This document shows positions 36,517-49,534 of a DNA stretch of 64,000 bases, piece after piece. The stretch is from NCBI GenBank assembly GCA_030264375.1, contig JASCQW010000072.1, forward strand, positions 15,528,634 through 15,592,633. The letters are read 5' to 3'. Both the position numbers and the translations under genes were made by a program. Numbering within the stretch: the stretch's first letter is position 1; every line of letters begins with the position of its first letter. The notes below the pieces were generated by a model. The model saw nothing but the letters and a program-made list of their open reading frames with translations, was not told the origin of the DNA and did no database searches. This DNA comes from Carcharhinus longimanus. Taxonomy: Eukaryota.

Positions 36517-36689
36517 TCATGATGTGGAGATGCCGGCGTTGGACTGGGGTAAACACAGTAAGAAGTCTCACAACACCAGGTTAAGGTCCAACCAGTTTAT
36601 TTGATAGTAAACCCACAAGCTTTCAGGTTTACTATCAGATGAATTGGTTGGACTTTAACCTGGTGTTGTGCGACTTCTTACTGTGTTTT
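36517..36689. mobile_element. Penelope-derived palindrome
   Basis: ~63-bp inverted arms (36551-36613 and 36626-36689), same family as 22894. Confidence 0.75.
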
Positions 36690-37045
36690 CTGTGGAGCAG
36701 AGAAGACCGAGGGGTGACCTGATTGAAGTGCTCAAGATTGAGGGGCTTGAACATAGTGGATTGGGAGCAGCTGTTCCCCTTAGTTGATCGGGGGGATTTG
36801 AGGAAAAACGTTTTTACCCAGAGAATGGTGACGTTCTGGAGTGCACTGTCTGGGAGGGTGGTGAAGGTGGGATGCCTCACATCCTTTAAAAAGTACGTGG
36901 ATGAGTACTTGCCCTGTCATAACATTTAAGCCTATGGGCCGAGTACTGGCAAGTGGGATTAAATGGGCAGGTCAGGGTCTTTCATGCATTGGTGCAGACT
37001 CAATGGGCCGAAGGGTCACATCTGCACTGTAGTATTCTGTGATTT
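36690..37045 (+). mobile_element. CR1 3' end
   Basis: EQRRPRGDLIEV and FTQRMVTFWSAL coding, then tail CTGCACTGTAGTATTCTGTGATT. Confidence 0.8.
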
Positions 37046-37724
37046 AAACTGCACAAATCTAATTCTTGCAGTTTAATATACCTTCTGAACTGTGGCACTG
37101 AAGTATGGCTTTGTAACTTCTCCTTGGATAATCTGAATTATACACAAAGATTAGACATTGCAAAACAGTTGATTGGAGTTGCAGATTATGCTATTAGCTT
37201 GTCTTTTAATTACTTTTGATTGTAGGTTTATCATCTGTGTATTCTCTTTTTTTTGCTGTTTTGCAAGGTTGATTGGCTAAAGGATTTCATCGTATTTAAC
37301 CATATTATTTGTTAATTTTTTTGCTGTAATGTGCACTCAATGTTATAACAAATGGGTTCTCTTTTTGCTAAAAACATTGTTCTGGTTCAAGCCTGTATGC
37401 TTTCTTGTGTCAGATTTGTCCGGCGGGGGGCGGAATTATATACATTATTAATACAGTTCTGACCATGGATGTTGTAGAGTGTTGTTTCAGCATTAGATTC
37501 TTACTTTGCTGGTTGGCAGCTGGGAGAAGCACTACCAGTTATTGATAAATAATTAGAATTTCTGATTCTTGATCAAGAAAATCTTATTTTAGAATTTAAC
37601 AAAATTGAAAGAAATGTTGAAATAACTTGCTGTAACATGGACACATTGGGTCACAGCTGGTGACTAGCATTTGGCTGTTTTGTTTGATCAGGAATCTGTA
37701 TGATTAATTGTCAGTATTTTACAG

Positions 37725-37786
37725 AAATCTCTATCCCAAATTTGCATCTCCTTGGGCTTCAGCACCCTGCCGACCTCAAGATATTG
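37725..37786 (+). CDS. CNOT2: CNOT2 coding exon (E)NLYPKFASPWASAPCRPQDI
   Basis: ttttacag acceptor and G|gtgaga donor. Phase 2-1 fits the neighbouring exons. Confidence 0.96.
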
Positions 37787-37881
37787 GTGAGAATGGCTAT
37801 TTTATCATTACTGTAAAACACAGTGGGTCTTTAAAAGTTGTGTAACTTTTGAATAACTGAAACAATCATCTTCTTTCACAG

Positions 37882-37931
37882 ATTTTCATGTTCCATCGGA
37901 GTATCTAACAAACATACACATTAGGGACAAG
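37882..37931 (+). CDS. CNOT2: CNOT2 coding exon DFHVPSEYLTNIHIRDK
   Basis: ttctttcacag acceptor and AAG|gtgagt donor. Confidence 0.96.
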
Positions 37932-38789
37932 GTGAGTGTAGATGTTAAGATGAGAACAAATGATTTTAAATGTATATAAGGCAATATATTGTGTGCGCGC
38001 GTGTCTCAGAAATCTGACGCACTAAAGTTGTTTAAGTGACAAGTTTTGTGTGTCTGAATTTATTTGAAACAGTTATTTGTCAATCTGCGATATGGATGTT
38101 ATTGCCAAATGCTGTCATTGGCTGGCTTGGTAAGTGGATGCGCAGTGTGCAACTGAGTCATGCAAGCATTCTCTTTATTCAGTCCCCAGTGTGTGCTGTG
38201 TTAGCTAATCACAGGGACAATAGGAATGGATGTCAGTGCTTGGGTTAGGTAGGAATAGGAAAAATTAGGCAGTGCCCTACCCCATTTAAGAAAGTATACA
38301 TGGACAAATGTTGTGTGAGAATATTATTAGGTTTGGTTGTGATGTACCTCAACCTGCTATCTGATTATGGCAAGGTATATCCCAGGGCACCGAGCAAATT
38401 CAGGTGTGAGTTTGATCCTCAGGGGTGTGACTGTGAACTTGCAGAGGCAATACTGCTGCTGTTTTGTTTAGCCTCTGCTCAGGATGTGTGAGTGGCATTG
38501 GCAAAGTGGCATTTATTGTCCATTATACATTTGCCAGAGAGATGGTTTAGTGTCTTGTACTACTGCAGTACTTCTAGNNNNNNNNNNNNNNNNNNNNNNN
38601 NNNNNNNNNNNNNNNNNNNNNNNNNNNNNNNNNNNNNNNNNNNNNNNNNNNNNNNNNNNNNNNNNNNNNNNNNNNNNGCAGTACCTCTAGTGTGGGGTAC
38701 TGTAGCAACGATGAGCAAGCAGTTGACCCAGTGATGATGAACTAATGAAAATTTGCCAAATCTTCTGTCAGATTGCCACTTTGCTGCAA

Positions 38790-39035
38790 TGAGGAGATAT
38801 TATTTATTCTGCGGATAGTGAACTTGTGGAATTCTCTATTATAAGGTTGTGTCAAGACCAAGTCAAAATGTATTTGAGGAAGAAATAGCAGGGTTTCTAG
38901 ATACCAAAGGTATCGGGGGATATTAGGGGAGAACGGAAATATGGCGTTGAGATAGAGGATCAGCTATGATCACATTGAATAGCAGAGCAGACGCAATGGG
39001 CTGAATGACCCTACTCCTATTTTTTCTATTTCTGT
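38790..39035 (+). mobile_element. Old CR1 3' fragment
   Basis: Degenerate RIVNLWNSL coding and GATCAGCTATGATCACATTGAAT tail. Confidence 0.6.
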
Positions 39036-41606
39036 TTAACACAGCACTGGAGGCCCACTTTTCTGGCCTGGACTTCATAACTGGGCCTCTTCAGAAATGC
39101 AGTTTACCTCTTCTGGAAGTCCTCCTTAATAGGACAAGATTGTAAGGAGAAGCCATGCTGTGCCCATTTTTATGGCACCAGCTGCAGTATTTTGCTAAGT
39201 CATCAGNNNNNNNNNNNNNNNNNNNNNNNNNNNNNNNNNNNNNNNNNNNNNNNNNNNNNNNNNNNNNNNNNNNNNNNNNNNNNNNNNNNNNNNNAGGGTG
39301 AGTAAGGTGCCAACTGGGCAGGATAGCGAGGCTGGGCTAAGGGGAGTTGGAAAGGAGTCGGAAGGGTTTTGGGGGTGAGGGGAAAGTCAGAGGTAGGTCA
39401 GGCTGCGGGATGTTGAGTTAAACCGTTGAGAGGGGGAATTTTCTGTCTATTAGTGCTTCAGCACATCTTTCATCTGGACCTTCTTGGTAGAATGGCAGTA
39501 TAGGGATTTTGAAATGATGCTGCTCTCATGACATAACTTCTACAAAGAAAGGATGCAAGCAGCTATGAAGCTTGGGGGTACTGCTGAAGAGCTGTAGTGC
39601 ATCCTGAGTGATAGATACTGCAACCACAGAGTAGAGGGTACAGAGAGGAATGATTTAATGCAATGGTTAGTGAAGGCGAGGTCAGGATGATCCTGAAGTA
39701 GTGAGCAAAGGGTTAATACTAACTAGCAGAGTAGCCAATCAAGTGTTTTTTTAATTGTTGTGGATGCAATAATTTGGGTGAGAAGGGATTCTGTCACACT
39801 CCTGAAGTGAAACTAGTCATTGAACATTCTGCTGTATAGTCTAAAATTTAAAATTGAAATGTGATGATTAGGATGCATTTGTGGGATAATGTTGTGAAGA
39901 ATTGTTCCAGAGTTTGAAACAATAATGTAACCAGTCATGTTCTACCATCTTAACCTTGAGTATATACTAAAGTGATATTTTTGCTAAAAGATTTAGATGT
40001 TTCTTTCGGTGGCAACGTTCTTTTGGCAGATAAATCCAAATTTGTTTTTTTGTTCTTGAATACCAAATTATTATATCAGAAGTGCTGAGAATTGGACTAA
40101 TTTATGCATGGAATACCTTTGCTTTCAATTAGATGTAGTGCAATATTTAACTAGCAGTGATGTTGAGTCTTGTATGCTTCATACGTTTGAGCATGTTGTG
40201 AACTGTAAACCCATAAGCATTGTAATAAATATTGGTCAAAGAATATTAGGTGAATCTTTTATTTTCTTACCTTAACCCCTTGACAAAGAACCAGCTGTGG
40301 ATTTATTATCTAGAGTTTGAGATATCTAAAATTTAGCTTACTTTGAATCATCTTCTATTAACAATTGTAAATTGACCCTGCTTCTAAATTCACTCAGACA
40401 AACTGAAAAATTGTGAAGATTTTTATTAGCACAGTTATGATAAGCAAATCAACATTGTGTACAGGTCAAACATTAAAGAGTGTGCTCTGTAATGAGCATG
40501 TGTAATTTGTAACCCTGCTGGTACATAAACAGCTTTAAATTTATCACACCAACTCAGTGTCAACTGGACTATATATTTTGCACAGAATAACCTTATGCTC
40601 AATGCCCAAGATTGGCATGAAGTTAGTATGGTTAACTTATGTCGAGATTCCTTGATTAACTGAAACATTAAAAGCATTGAACAGCAACTATGTTTAAAGT
40701 CAAGTCAGTATATTCCTTCTCAACTCACAGCTTGTTCGCCTATATTAAGTTGACTAGAAGGCAAAAGTTAGTTGATAGTTTTGCTTCCTGATTACATCAG
40801 GGGATGTCAGAGTAACAAACCTCCATCCATGTATGTGATATCATTCACGTGGATTATCTGACTATCATCTGTGTAGATCCAGTTTTGCACATCTGTTGTT
40901 TCTTCTGCACTAGAACTGGTTCAAATTTGTTTCGTTGTACTTAGGGAATCTGAACTCTTGTATACAAGTGACAGGTTTGTCTCTCTCTAGCTAAACTTCT
41001 TAAACCTCAAGTGTCACTTCTAACACCCTTGGAGCTTTTGCTTCATGAGCTATTCCTTTCTGGACCAATTGAACTTTCTCAATGTTCTTAATTCTTGGAA
41101 TCTTTTATTTCCTCATAACCGTTTGTGTGGGACATATGAAAACCCAACGGCTTAGCCATTGGTCCTCCATTTACAACAATTGCTCTGCAGCTTGGCAATT
41201 AGCTCAACCATTTTCACTTCCTGTTCTCCTTTTCTTCTCCCTCCCCCCGCAACACCTTTGCTCTCTCCTATCCTGCTTTTTCCCCTGATACAGTTCCTGA
41301 CTTTGCTTTCTCAAGGTCAAAGACATAAACATATCATGTGTGCAACTTGCATGCTCATGAAGTACTTTGTCCGTAATATTGAACATATCTGTCAGCTCTC
41401 TGTGTTGTGTTCACTCCTCCCCGCCCCACTCCCCTAGACCCAAGCTTGTATTTGTCTCTGTTTTCTCATAATACCCTCTCTCGGCTTGAAACCTATCTTC
41501 TTCCTTGATGCCATTTCTACTAGATTACAATAGCAATTTATGTGGTGCCTTTAATGGTGGTTAAAATCCCATGGTGTTTCTTAAGTTTTGTTTGACAACA
41601 TTTCTA

Positions 41607-41897
41607 AAGTTTATTTATTAATATCACAATTAGGCTTACACTGCAATGAAGTTACTGTGAAAATCCCCCTAGCTGCCACACTCCGGCACCTTTTCGGGTA
41701 CACTGAGCGAGAATTTAACATGGCCAATCCATCTAACCAGCATATCTCTTGGACTGGGGGAGGAAACCGGATCACCCAGAGGAAACCCATGGAGGCATGG
41801 GAAGAATATACAAACGCCACACAGACAATGACACAAGCCGGGAATCGATCCCAGGTCCCTGGCGCTGTGGGCAGCAGTGCTAACCACTGTGCCATGG
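41607..41897 (-). mobile_element. HE1-like SINE, alternative tail
   Basis: Reverse complement of head, body and tail. Followed by a single Penelope-type arm (41907-42000). Confidence 0.85.
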
Positions 41898-42009
41898 TCC
41901 ATTTGGCACAGATGCTGTCAGACCTGCTGAGACTTTCCAGCATTTTCTGTTTTTGTTTTTGTTTCAGATTCCAGCATCTGCAGTATTTTGCCTTTGTATT
42001 AAAATTTGG

Positions 42010-42905
42010 TATAGACTCACGAAAGATGATATTGGAATAGATGACCAAAAACGTGGTTTAAAAAAATATCATTTAAGGAAGAACGAGAGACAGAGAGGTT
42101 TAGTAGGGGAGCTTCAGACCCTGCAACCTTCAAAGCTGAACGTGCAGTGACGGGGTGATTAAAATCAGGGATGCTCAAAAGACCAGAATTGGAGGGCTGG
42201 AGGAAATCACAAAGATATGGAGGGTAAGGCCATGGAAGAATTTGAAAGCAAGGAATTTTAAAATTGAAACATTGCTTAACCAGGTACCATGTCAGTGAGT
42301 ACAAGGGTGGTTATTGAATGGAACTTTGAATTCTCAGTTTTTCAGTGACCTGAAGTTTGCGGAGGATAGAAAATGGGTGTATAGCACTGGAATAGTCAAA
42401 TCTGGAGCTAACAAAAGCTGTGTCTTTTTCCAGTTAGACATCAGGAAAAATCCGTTATCATCCCCCACCNNNNNNNNNNNNNNNNNNNNNNNNNNNNNNN
42501 NNNNNNNNNNNNNNNNNNNNNNNNNNNNNNNNNNNNNNNNNNNNNNNNNNNNNNNNNNNNNNNNNNNNNTCATCCCCCACCACCATGTCACCTCTCCCTA
42601 ATGATTTACATTGGTTTCTGAAGTTGTAAACCCTATATAAAATTTCTATTGAAATTTCCATGGTCTTTCCTATCTATGTAACCTCTTCAAATCCTATAAG
42701 CTCACACTCCCTTCAAGAAATGGATTCTTCCTACTCTGGCCTCTTATGCATCAACCTCTCCTTTGGCATTGTTCCCCACTATTGCTGACTGTTCCTATAG
42801 CCCTTTAGGCGTTAAGCTGTATATTCATTCTAAACCTTTCTGCCTGTCTATTTTCCTCTCCTCCTTTAAGATCCTCCATAAGATCCACCTCTTTGCCTGA
42901 GCTTT
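42010..42905. mobile_element. Decayed L2-like LINE fragments on both strands
   Basis: Purine-rich minus-strand L2-type 3' region (42010-42460) and pyrimidine-rich plus-strand counterpart (42570-42905). Confidence 0.45.
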
Positions 42906-43960
42906 TAAGTACCTGGTCTGTTCCACCTTTCAGTTAGATCTTGGTTGATCTGTATCTTAAATCTATTTACCTGCCTTGGTTCAATATTTCTTACCAAACA
43001 AAAACAAAAAAAAATCTGTTTTGAAACATTGGTTGGGCTACCCTCTGTGTTTATTTTGGCGGGGAAGGGGAAAGAGTTCCAGGTTTCCACTACCGTTTAT
43101 CTGAAAAAGTGTTGCCTGACATTCTCTGAACAGCTTAGTTCTAATTTTAAATTTATAATCCCTTGTTCTGGATTCCACCACCAGAGGAAAAAGCTATGTT
43201 ATGAAATCCTTTAATTACCTTAAACATGTCAATTAGACCATCCTTTAATCACCTCTGTTTCAATCCATCTTTTGCAGCGTGCCCTGTTTTAATCTTGGTA
43301 TCATTTTGGTGAGTCAGCACTGCTCATGCTCCAAGGCCAGTACATCCTTGCTGTGGTGCAGTGCCCAGAACTGAAATTGGATGTGATCTAGCCAGAGCTT
43401 TGTGCAATTATAGTGTAACTACCTCCATCCCCTATGACTGAGTTGAATACCAACATTCATTAGATTTTTAAATCTTTGCTTCTCCACAGTTGCTGGCTTC
43501 TCACTATTTAGAAAATGTTCTGATCTATCTATCTTGAGGACAAAGCAGATGACTTCACACTTCTCTGCATTGAATTACCATCTGCTACAGTTTTGCCCTC
43601 CCATTTAATCTATTAACAACTCTTGTAACTTTCTGCTCCCATCTACACTAATGTGCCATCTAACTTGGTGTAGTTTGGATTCTTACATTCATAGCTCTTT
43701 GATCCTCCTAAGTTATTAAATTTCATAAAAATTGAGACCCCAGTGTAGGCTCCTAGGAGACACCACTAGTTATATCCCACCAATAGAAGTGCATTGTAAT
43801 TAACTACTCTGGTTCCTCTCTCTCCCCTACATCCAAATCAATTCTCTTCCTTTTTAATAGGTTGCCTTGAATTCCACTCAGTTTCATTTTTGCAATAAGT
43901 TCTTGTGTGGAATATTGGTCACACATCCTTTTATCAAAACCTTTGCCAGCCATTCATTTG
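42906..43960 (-). mobile_element. Old CR1 3' portion
   Basis: Degenerate reverse-strand CR1 tail and RT remnants (VETWNSFP; CCAAGGCC..CAGTGCCCAGAACTG). Confidence 0.6.
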
Positions 43961-43984
43961 ATATTGGATTATGCTTCTGTGAAG

Positions 43985-44289
43985 TGCCTCATGGCACGGT
44001 GACTAGTGTCCGGGTTCAATTCCAGTCTCGAGTGACTATCTGTGTGGAATTTGCATATTCTCCCCATGTCTGCATGAGTTTCCTCCAGGTGCTCTGGTTT
44101 TCCCTCACAATCCAGGTATGTGCAGGATAGATAGATTAGCCATGCCAAGTTGTTCCTTAGTGTCCCAAGATGTGTAGGTTAGGGAGATTAGCAGTGTAAA
44201 TGCGTGGGGTTACAGGGATGGGGCAGAGGGTGAGATGCATACTCAGTGGGCCGAATGGCCTCCTTCTGCACTGTAGGGATTCTATGATT
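43985..44289 (+). mobile_element. HE1-type SINE, CR1-like tail, damaged head
   Basis: GGGTTCAATTCC B box, body, and GTAGGGATTCTATGATTC tail. Confidence 0.8.
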
Positions 44290-44339
44290 CAAGCTGCTCT
44301 TCTATGTTAGCCTTTATATAAATATAAAATTGTTTAGTG

Positions 44340-44720
44340 TGAGAAACAGAATTTTTATACATTTTAAGTGGTGGATTTAAGCCCCACTGTAATGGCTTGA
44401 GACTTAACTTAGGCCTCAGTGTAATATTGAGAGAGTGCTGCACTGTCCAGAAGGTGTGTTTTCGAGGAGACTTCAAAATTGAGGACCTTTCTATTCTGAG
44501 ATGGGTGTGAAAAGATTGCATGACATTTGATGTAGGGCAGGTTGGCCTTCTGGGACCTGATCGCTAGCTAGCACTATCAAAGACAGATAAACTGCTGAAT
44601 TTGAGATCTTACTGTAATAAAATCAACTTTCATGTTTGCCTACATTACAATAGTGATAATAGAAATGCTTTGTGACATCCTGGGATTGTGAAAGCTGCTA
44701 GATAAATGCAAATTCATTCA
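44340..44720 (+). mobile_element. Old Deu-domain SINE
   Basis: GAGAGTGCTGCACTGTCCAGAAGGTG...CCTACATTACAATAGTGA...GTGAAAGCTGCTAGATAAATGCAA. Confidence 0.6.
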
Positions 44721-45699
44721 ATTCCATGTGCTAAATATTTTTTCCATCTATTCAAAGAGTGCTGTATTTTAGGACAAGATTCAACTTTTAGATGTCATTT
44801 TAAACAGATATGCCAATAACTTAGAACTTCAATTTTAACTTGCTTGTAGCTGTTAATTTCTTTTACTTCCCTGGCTTAAATAATAAAGTCTGGGTAGCAC
44901 TAGACATAAGTGGAATCCTTTTGACTTCCTCCTGGTTTTGCTTATCTTGTCCAGACAGTGTAACCTATACATTATCTTTGAGCTTATGACCTTGACAACC
45001 TAGGTCTGCCAGCACTGGTTGCGAAAGCTTCTTTGTCCTTGGACTTCTTTCTGAAATATGCATAATTTTTAGTCTGTCTCTCTTGCGCTGACATTTTTGC
45101 CATTGTGATTTGTACATATCTAAAGCAAGAGAAAAAGATCACTACTTTAAATCATTTTCCACAAATCTTATTTTTATAACTAGTTCGCGTCCCATGGTGT
45201 TCCCCATACACAGTCAAAACCAAATTTTCTGGTGCTGAGATTAAAGTGCGGTGAAAATTGAATGTGTGCATGCAGGCGTAGTTCAGCTCACATTTTAAAA
45301 TTTACTTATGTAAATATTAAAATGCGGGTGTTCTATCAAGTAGAAAAATTTGCTGCAATTTGGCAAGCAGAACTGGAATGTTTGTTTTTAGGAGTGCAGC
45401 AATTTCTCTTCAGTACAGGAGGAGGAGCTGGGGGATGTAAAACTTAACTATTGGTGGAATGATGCAGTGAAAAGTATGTAACTCGATTCCAGTAACATTG
45501 ATATAGTACCATTAGCCTAGAAAATGCTGAGCAATTTCAGACATCAATTAATGTCAAGTCAAAGGAGGATATATTAGGAGGGTTNNNNNNNNNNNNNNNN
45601 NNNNNNNNNNNNNNNNNNNNNNNTAAGCAAGGGAAAGCAAGGATATTTATAGTAGAAAAAGTTGTCAAAAAAGTGCGCCAAAAACATGAAAGCAAGAAG

Positions 45700-46005
45700 T
45701 AATGTTTTGTCCGTCTTTCGGATGAAATGTTAAACTGAGGCACCATCTGCCTGTTCGGGTGGATGGCATTATTTTGAAAAACACCAAGGGAGTTATTTCT
45801 CAGCCTATATTCATCTCTCAGTCAACATCACTAAAATGAATTTCTGCTCAATATCATATTGCTCTTTGCTGAGTTTGCTATGTGAAAGTTGGCTTTGTTT
45901 CCTTTATTTATAACAGTGATCCAACTTCAAAAGTACTTAATTAGCTGTAAAGCACATTGAGTTGTCCGGTGACCACAAAAAGCGATTTACAAATGCAAAT
46001 CTTTC
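45700..46005 (+). mobile_element. Deu-domain SINE 3' part
   Basis: CCGTCTTTCGGATGAAATGTTAAACTGAGG...CTTCAAAAGTACTTAATTAGCTGTAAAGC...AAATGCAA. Confidence 0.7.
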
Positions 46006-46370
46006 TGAACAAAGTGCGTTGCAATGATATTTTTAATACATTATGTGGATACGTTCACTTGCATTGACAGCTATATTTCATTTTTGCTCAAGTTTCATTT
46101 GCTGTCAGTGGCCAGAACTTTAGGAGTAGGTTATGTAATGACATGCACTTTGAAGATCAACAATTGTGATATAGCCAGAGTGTGAATATTTAAATGGACA
46201 TCTTTTTGTATACTTTGTGGTAGTTGGACATTTACGGGCCATGTTGTAGAATTCCTGTTGATTATATCCTGTGGCATGTATTCTTATAAAATATAGTTGC
46301 TTGTTATGTTAAGATCTCTAAGCATCGTTTTATCTTACATTTTAAATACAAACGATGATTTGTTTTACAG

Positions 46371-46471
46371 CTTGCTGCAATAAAACTTGCCCGCTATGGA
46401 GAGGACCTCCTTTTCTATCTATACTACATGAATGGAGGAGATGTCTTACAGTTACTTGCAGCAGTAGAGCT
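46371..46471 (+). CDS. CNOT2: CNOT2 coding exon LAAIKLARYGEDLLFYLYYMNGGDVLQLLAAVEL (NOT box)
   Basis: tgttttacag acceptor and CT|gtatgt donor. Contains the NOT-box motif LLFYLYY. Confidence 0.97.
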
Positions 46472-46642
46472 GTATGTTCTTTTAAATATATAACATTTAT
46501 ATTTGAACTAAGTTTATTTGTAGCATGATTGTTAAAATGTAATGATTCTGATTCATGTTTTTAAATGATTTGCCATATCTAAGTCCATTTACTGGATATG
46601 TTTGATATTCATACATGTCTTTTCTTGCATTGTGAATGATAG

Positions 46643-46787
46643 ATTTAACCGAGACTGGAGGTACCACAAAGAAGAGCGAGTCTGGATCACCAGGGCCCCA
46701 GGAATGGAGCCAACAGTAAAGACCAACACCTATGAAAGGGGGACATACTATTTCTTTGACTGTCTTAACTGGAGAAAGGTGGCAAAA
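46643..46787 (+). CDS. CNOT2: CNOT2 coding exon FNRDWRYHKEERVWITRAPGMEPTVKTNTYERGTYYFFDCLNWRKVAK (NOT box)
   Basis: gatag acceptor and AAA|gtaaga donor. Lies within ORF 46602..46820 and carries the NOT2/3/5 signature WRYHK...GTYYFFD..W. Confidence 0.97.
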
Positions 46788-47523
46788 GTAAGAGCTGATG
46801 CGCTAATTGATTTTATATGATGCAGAAATTGTTGGCCTTCGATTGTAAAGGAGTCCGATGAATTTACTGACTTGATGTTTCCTTGAGAAATTAAGAATGA
46901 TTTGTTTGCTGGAAACAACCAATGTGTTTTTGTATGCAACATTGTGTATTTTTTTCTGCCCAGCAAATCTGATCTGTGGTTCTCAATAATAAAGATAGCT
47001 GAAATAGCCTAGATTTGTGTGCTGTTGTTTTAACTCTTGAGACTGTTGGATGCTGTAGCAAGTTCTGCACTCTTGAAGGTATCAGTTTTTGAAGACTTAA
47101 ACTCGTGCACTGAAGAATTATAGCATCTACAGCATAAGATAAAATGATGGGCTCAACATGACTATGCAACTGCTAGCTTTAAGTCAAGTATTTTTGATTA
47201 CATATCCTTACTCTTACTATGTTATTTTCCTTGCTAAATTATAGTAATACTTAGTAGATTTAGTGCTGTAATATTAACTGTTATTACAAATGTTATTTTT
47301 ACAAGTTAAATAAGGCTATTTTTGAAAAACTGCTGGTCCCCCTTTTTTCACTCCACCACATTTTATCTGCCTCCCTGTTCAGTTTTATATAATTACTTAA
47401 AATTATATTTGATATTAATTACAGTACTTGGATTCTATTTTTACTTTCGTTTCAAGGTGTAATGATGGTTCCATTTTTCCCTATGGTTCCTCCATCCTCC
47501 TGTTTTAGGTTCAGCCGAGATAT

Positions 47524-47810
47524 TATAGAATTCCTACAATGCAGAAGGAGGCCATTCAGCCTGCACCACCAACAATCCCACCCAAGCCTCATCCCCATAA
47601 CCCCACATATTTAGCCTGCTAATCCTCCTAACACTAATGGTTAATTTAGCATGGCCAATCAACCTAACTCACACATCTTTAGAGTGTGGGCAGAAAACGG
47701 AGCACCCGGAGGAAACCCATACAGACATGGAGTGAAAGTCACCCAAGGCTGGAATTGAACCCGGGTGCCTGGCGCTATGAAGCAGCAGTGCGAACCATTG
47801 TGCTACCGTG
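47524..47810 (-). mobile_element. HE1-type SINE, CR1-like tail
   Basis: Reverse complement of the family consensus. Confidence 0.85.
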
Positions 47811-49054
47811 ATGCTCTCTCCCTGTTAATAAGAAGGGGGCAATTTGGAGATTAGTTTTTTGCCACCGGCAAAGTGCATCGCCTTATCGGATCTGTACTTC
47901 CCTAGCATCCGAAATCTGATCCTAATTTACTAATGAAATGCCGTAGGAGCCTATTTTAGCCATAACTTTACTGGATGTGTTATTGTGGGGAGTAAGCCAA
48001 CATACAAGGTAAATTGGACTGACACTCAACAGTCTGATCAACCCAGATACCTAAACGAGATCACAACAGCTGTGCTTGAAGAGGCAATTGGAAAAGTATT
48101 TACTTAGGGCTTAGTACTTTATGTACTTAGTACTTAGATTTCGAGCTTCGTAGATGACATGCAGCAAGCATTGTACTTCATATTCATCAGGTGCAGATCA
48201 TTATTTAACAAAACCAATGATAACTAAAGCATTACTTAATTAACTCCTAGCCAATTGTTTTGATTTAAAACAGAAAATTGATGGAATCTCAGTCAGATCC
48301 CCACAACATTGATTACATTGGCATCAGGGCTTTAAACAATGAAGAATTTGTTTATTTGGTCCCTGTAAACATATCTTGTTCATAATAGTCCCTGATTTCA
48401 GTTTCTATTTGACCAAGAGAAAAATTTAATTGTTTTGCTGAACATTCCACTGAGTTTCAATGCAACAAACTGGCATATGTTGCGAATGATGAAGTATTCT
48501 AATAATTCAATTAACTTACACATCCAGCCTCTGTGCAGTTTGAGAAGTGCAGTAAAGATGTAGTGGAAGCAAACCAGTTTTTGGAGGAGATAATCTTGCA
48601 TTGTTTCAGTTTTAGACCAGTTGGAGTAAAACCGGAGTAATTGCAACTCTCTAGTGGTCAGCTGTCTGATCTCCGAGCTGAAATGTTGGAAGTTTTATTA
48701 TAAACAAGCAAACAGGACAATGAAAAGGTTCTGTGGCAATTGGTGAGCAGATCTCTTGTGAATGCATTGGAATATCATACAATGCTTTTGTTTCCCTGAT
48801 AATCCAACTGCAATGTAAGCATCTAATGTAAATCTGCACCTTTCATTCATATTTCCCTATATGCTGATAAAGTTTTGTCTGTTTGCAGTGAAGAAATGTT
48901 TTTTTTTGCATAAACCATTTAATGATTTGAACAGTTTGCAAATTAAACTCCAAGGAGATCTCAAAGTATACTTTTAAGGAAGATAGTACCTTTACTCTCA
49001 GTACGCTTTTTTTTAAAAAAACTGACTTTTATGAATTAAAATACAATCCTATAA

Positions 49055-49321
49055 TTTATCTATTAGCCACAAGTAAGGCTTACATTAACACTGCAATGAA
49101 GTCACTGTGAAACTCCCCTAGTCACCACACTCTGGTGCCTGCTCAGGTCAATGCACCTAACCAGCACATCTTTCATATTGTGGGAGAAACCAGAGTACTC
49201 GGAGGAAACCCATGCAGACACGGGGAGAACGTGAAGATTTCACACAGAGCATGACCCAAGCCGGGAATCGAACCCGGGTCACTGGCGCTGTGAGGCAGCA
49301 GCGCTAGCCACCATGCCGCCC
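49055..49321 (-). mobile_element. HE1-like SINE, alternative tail
   Basis: Reverse complement, with GGGAATCGAACCC B box. Confidence 0.85.
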
Positions 49322-49534
49322 ATAACCTTTGGGCTGGGAAGCATTTCGCCACTGATCGGAGTCAGGTAACATTTTGTGAAGGCCCGGCTGATTTCTAACC
49401 GTTGGCAGTGTAGTATAAAGCTGAGTTATCATCTTGATCAGACACTGGATTTTCAGTGAAGGTGTGTGTGTGTGTTGGCAACCAAACAGCAATCTTAGTG
49501 ACATTTCAGGTCTTTTGTTTTTAGATGAATTTCT

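Noticed and set aside
38565-38690. Direct repeats flanking 100-N gaps (GCAGTAC.TCTAG here; TCATCCCCCACC at the 42470 gap)
   Set aside because: These are most likely unmerged contig overlaps at fixed-size scaffold gaps, not target-site duplications.
46472-46642. Possible U12-type intron (GTATGTTCTTT donor, purine-rich acceptor)
   Set aside because: The donor lacks RTATCCTT and there is no TTCCTTAAC branch site; it fits a U2-type GTATGT intron.
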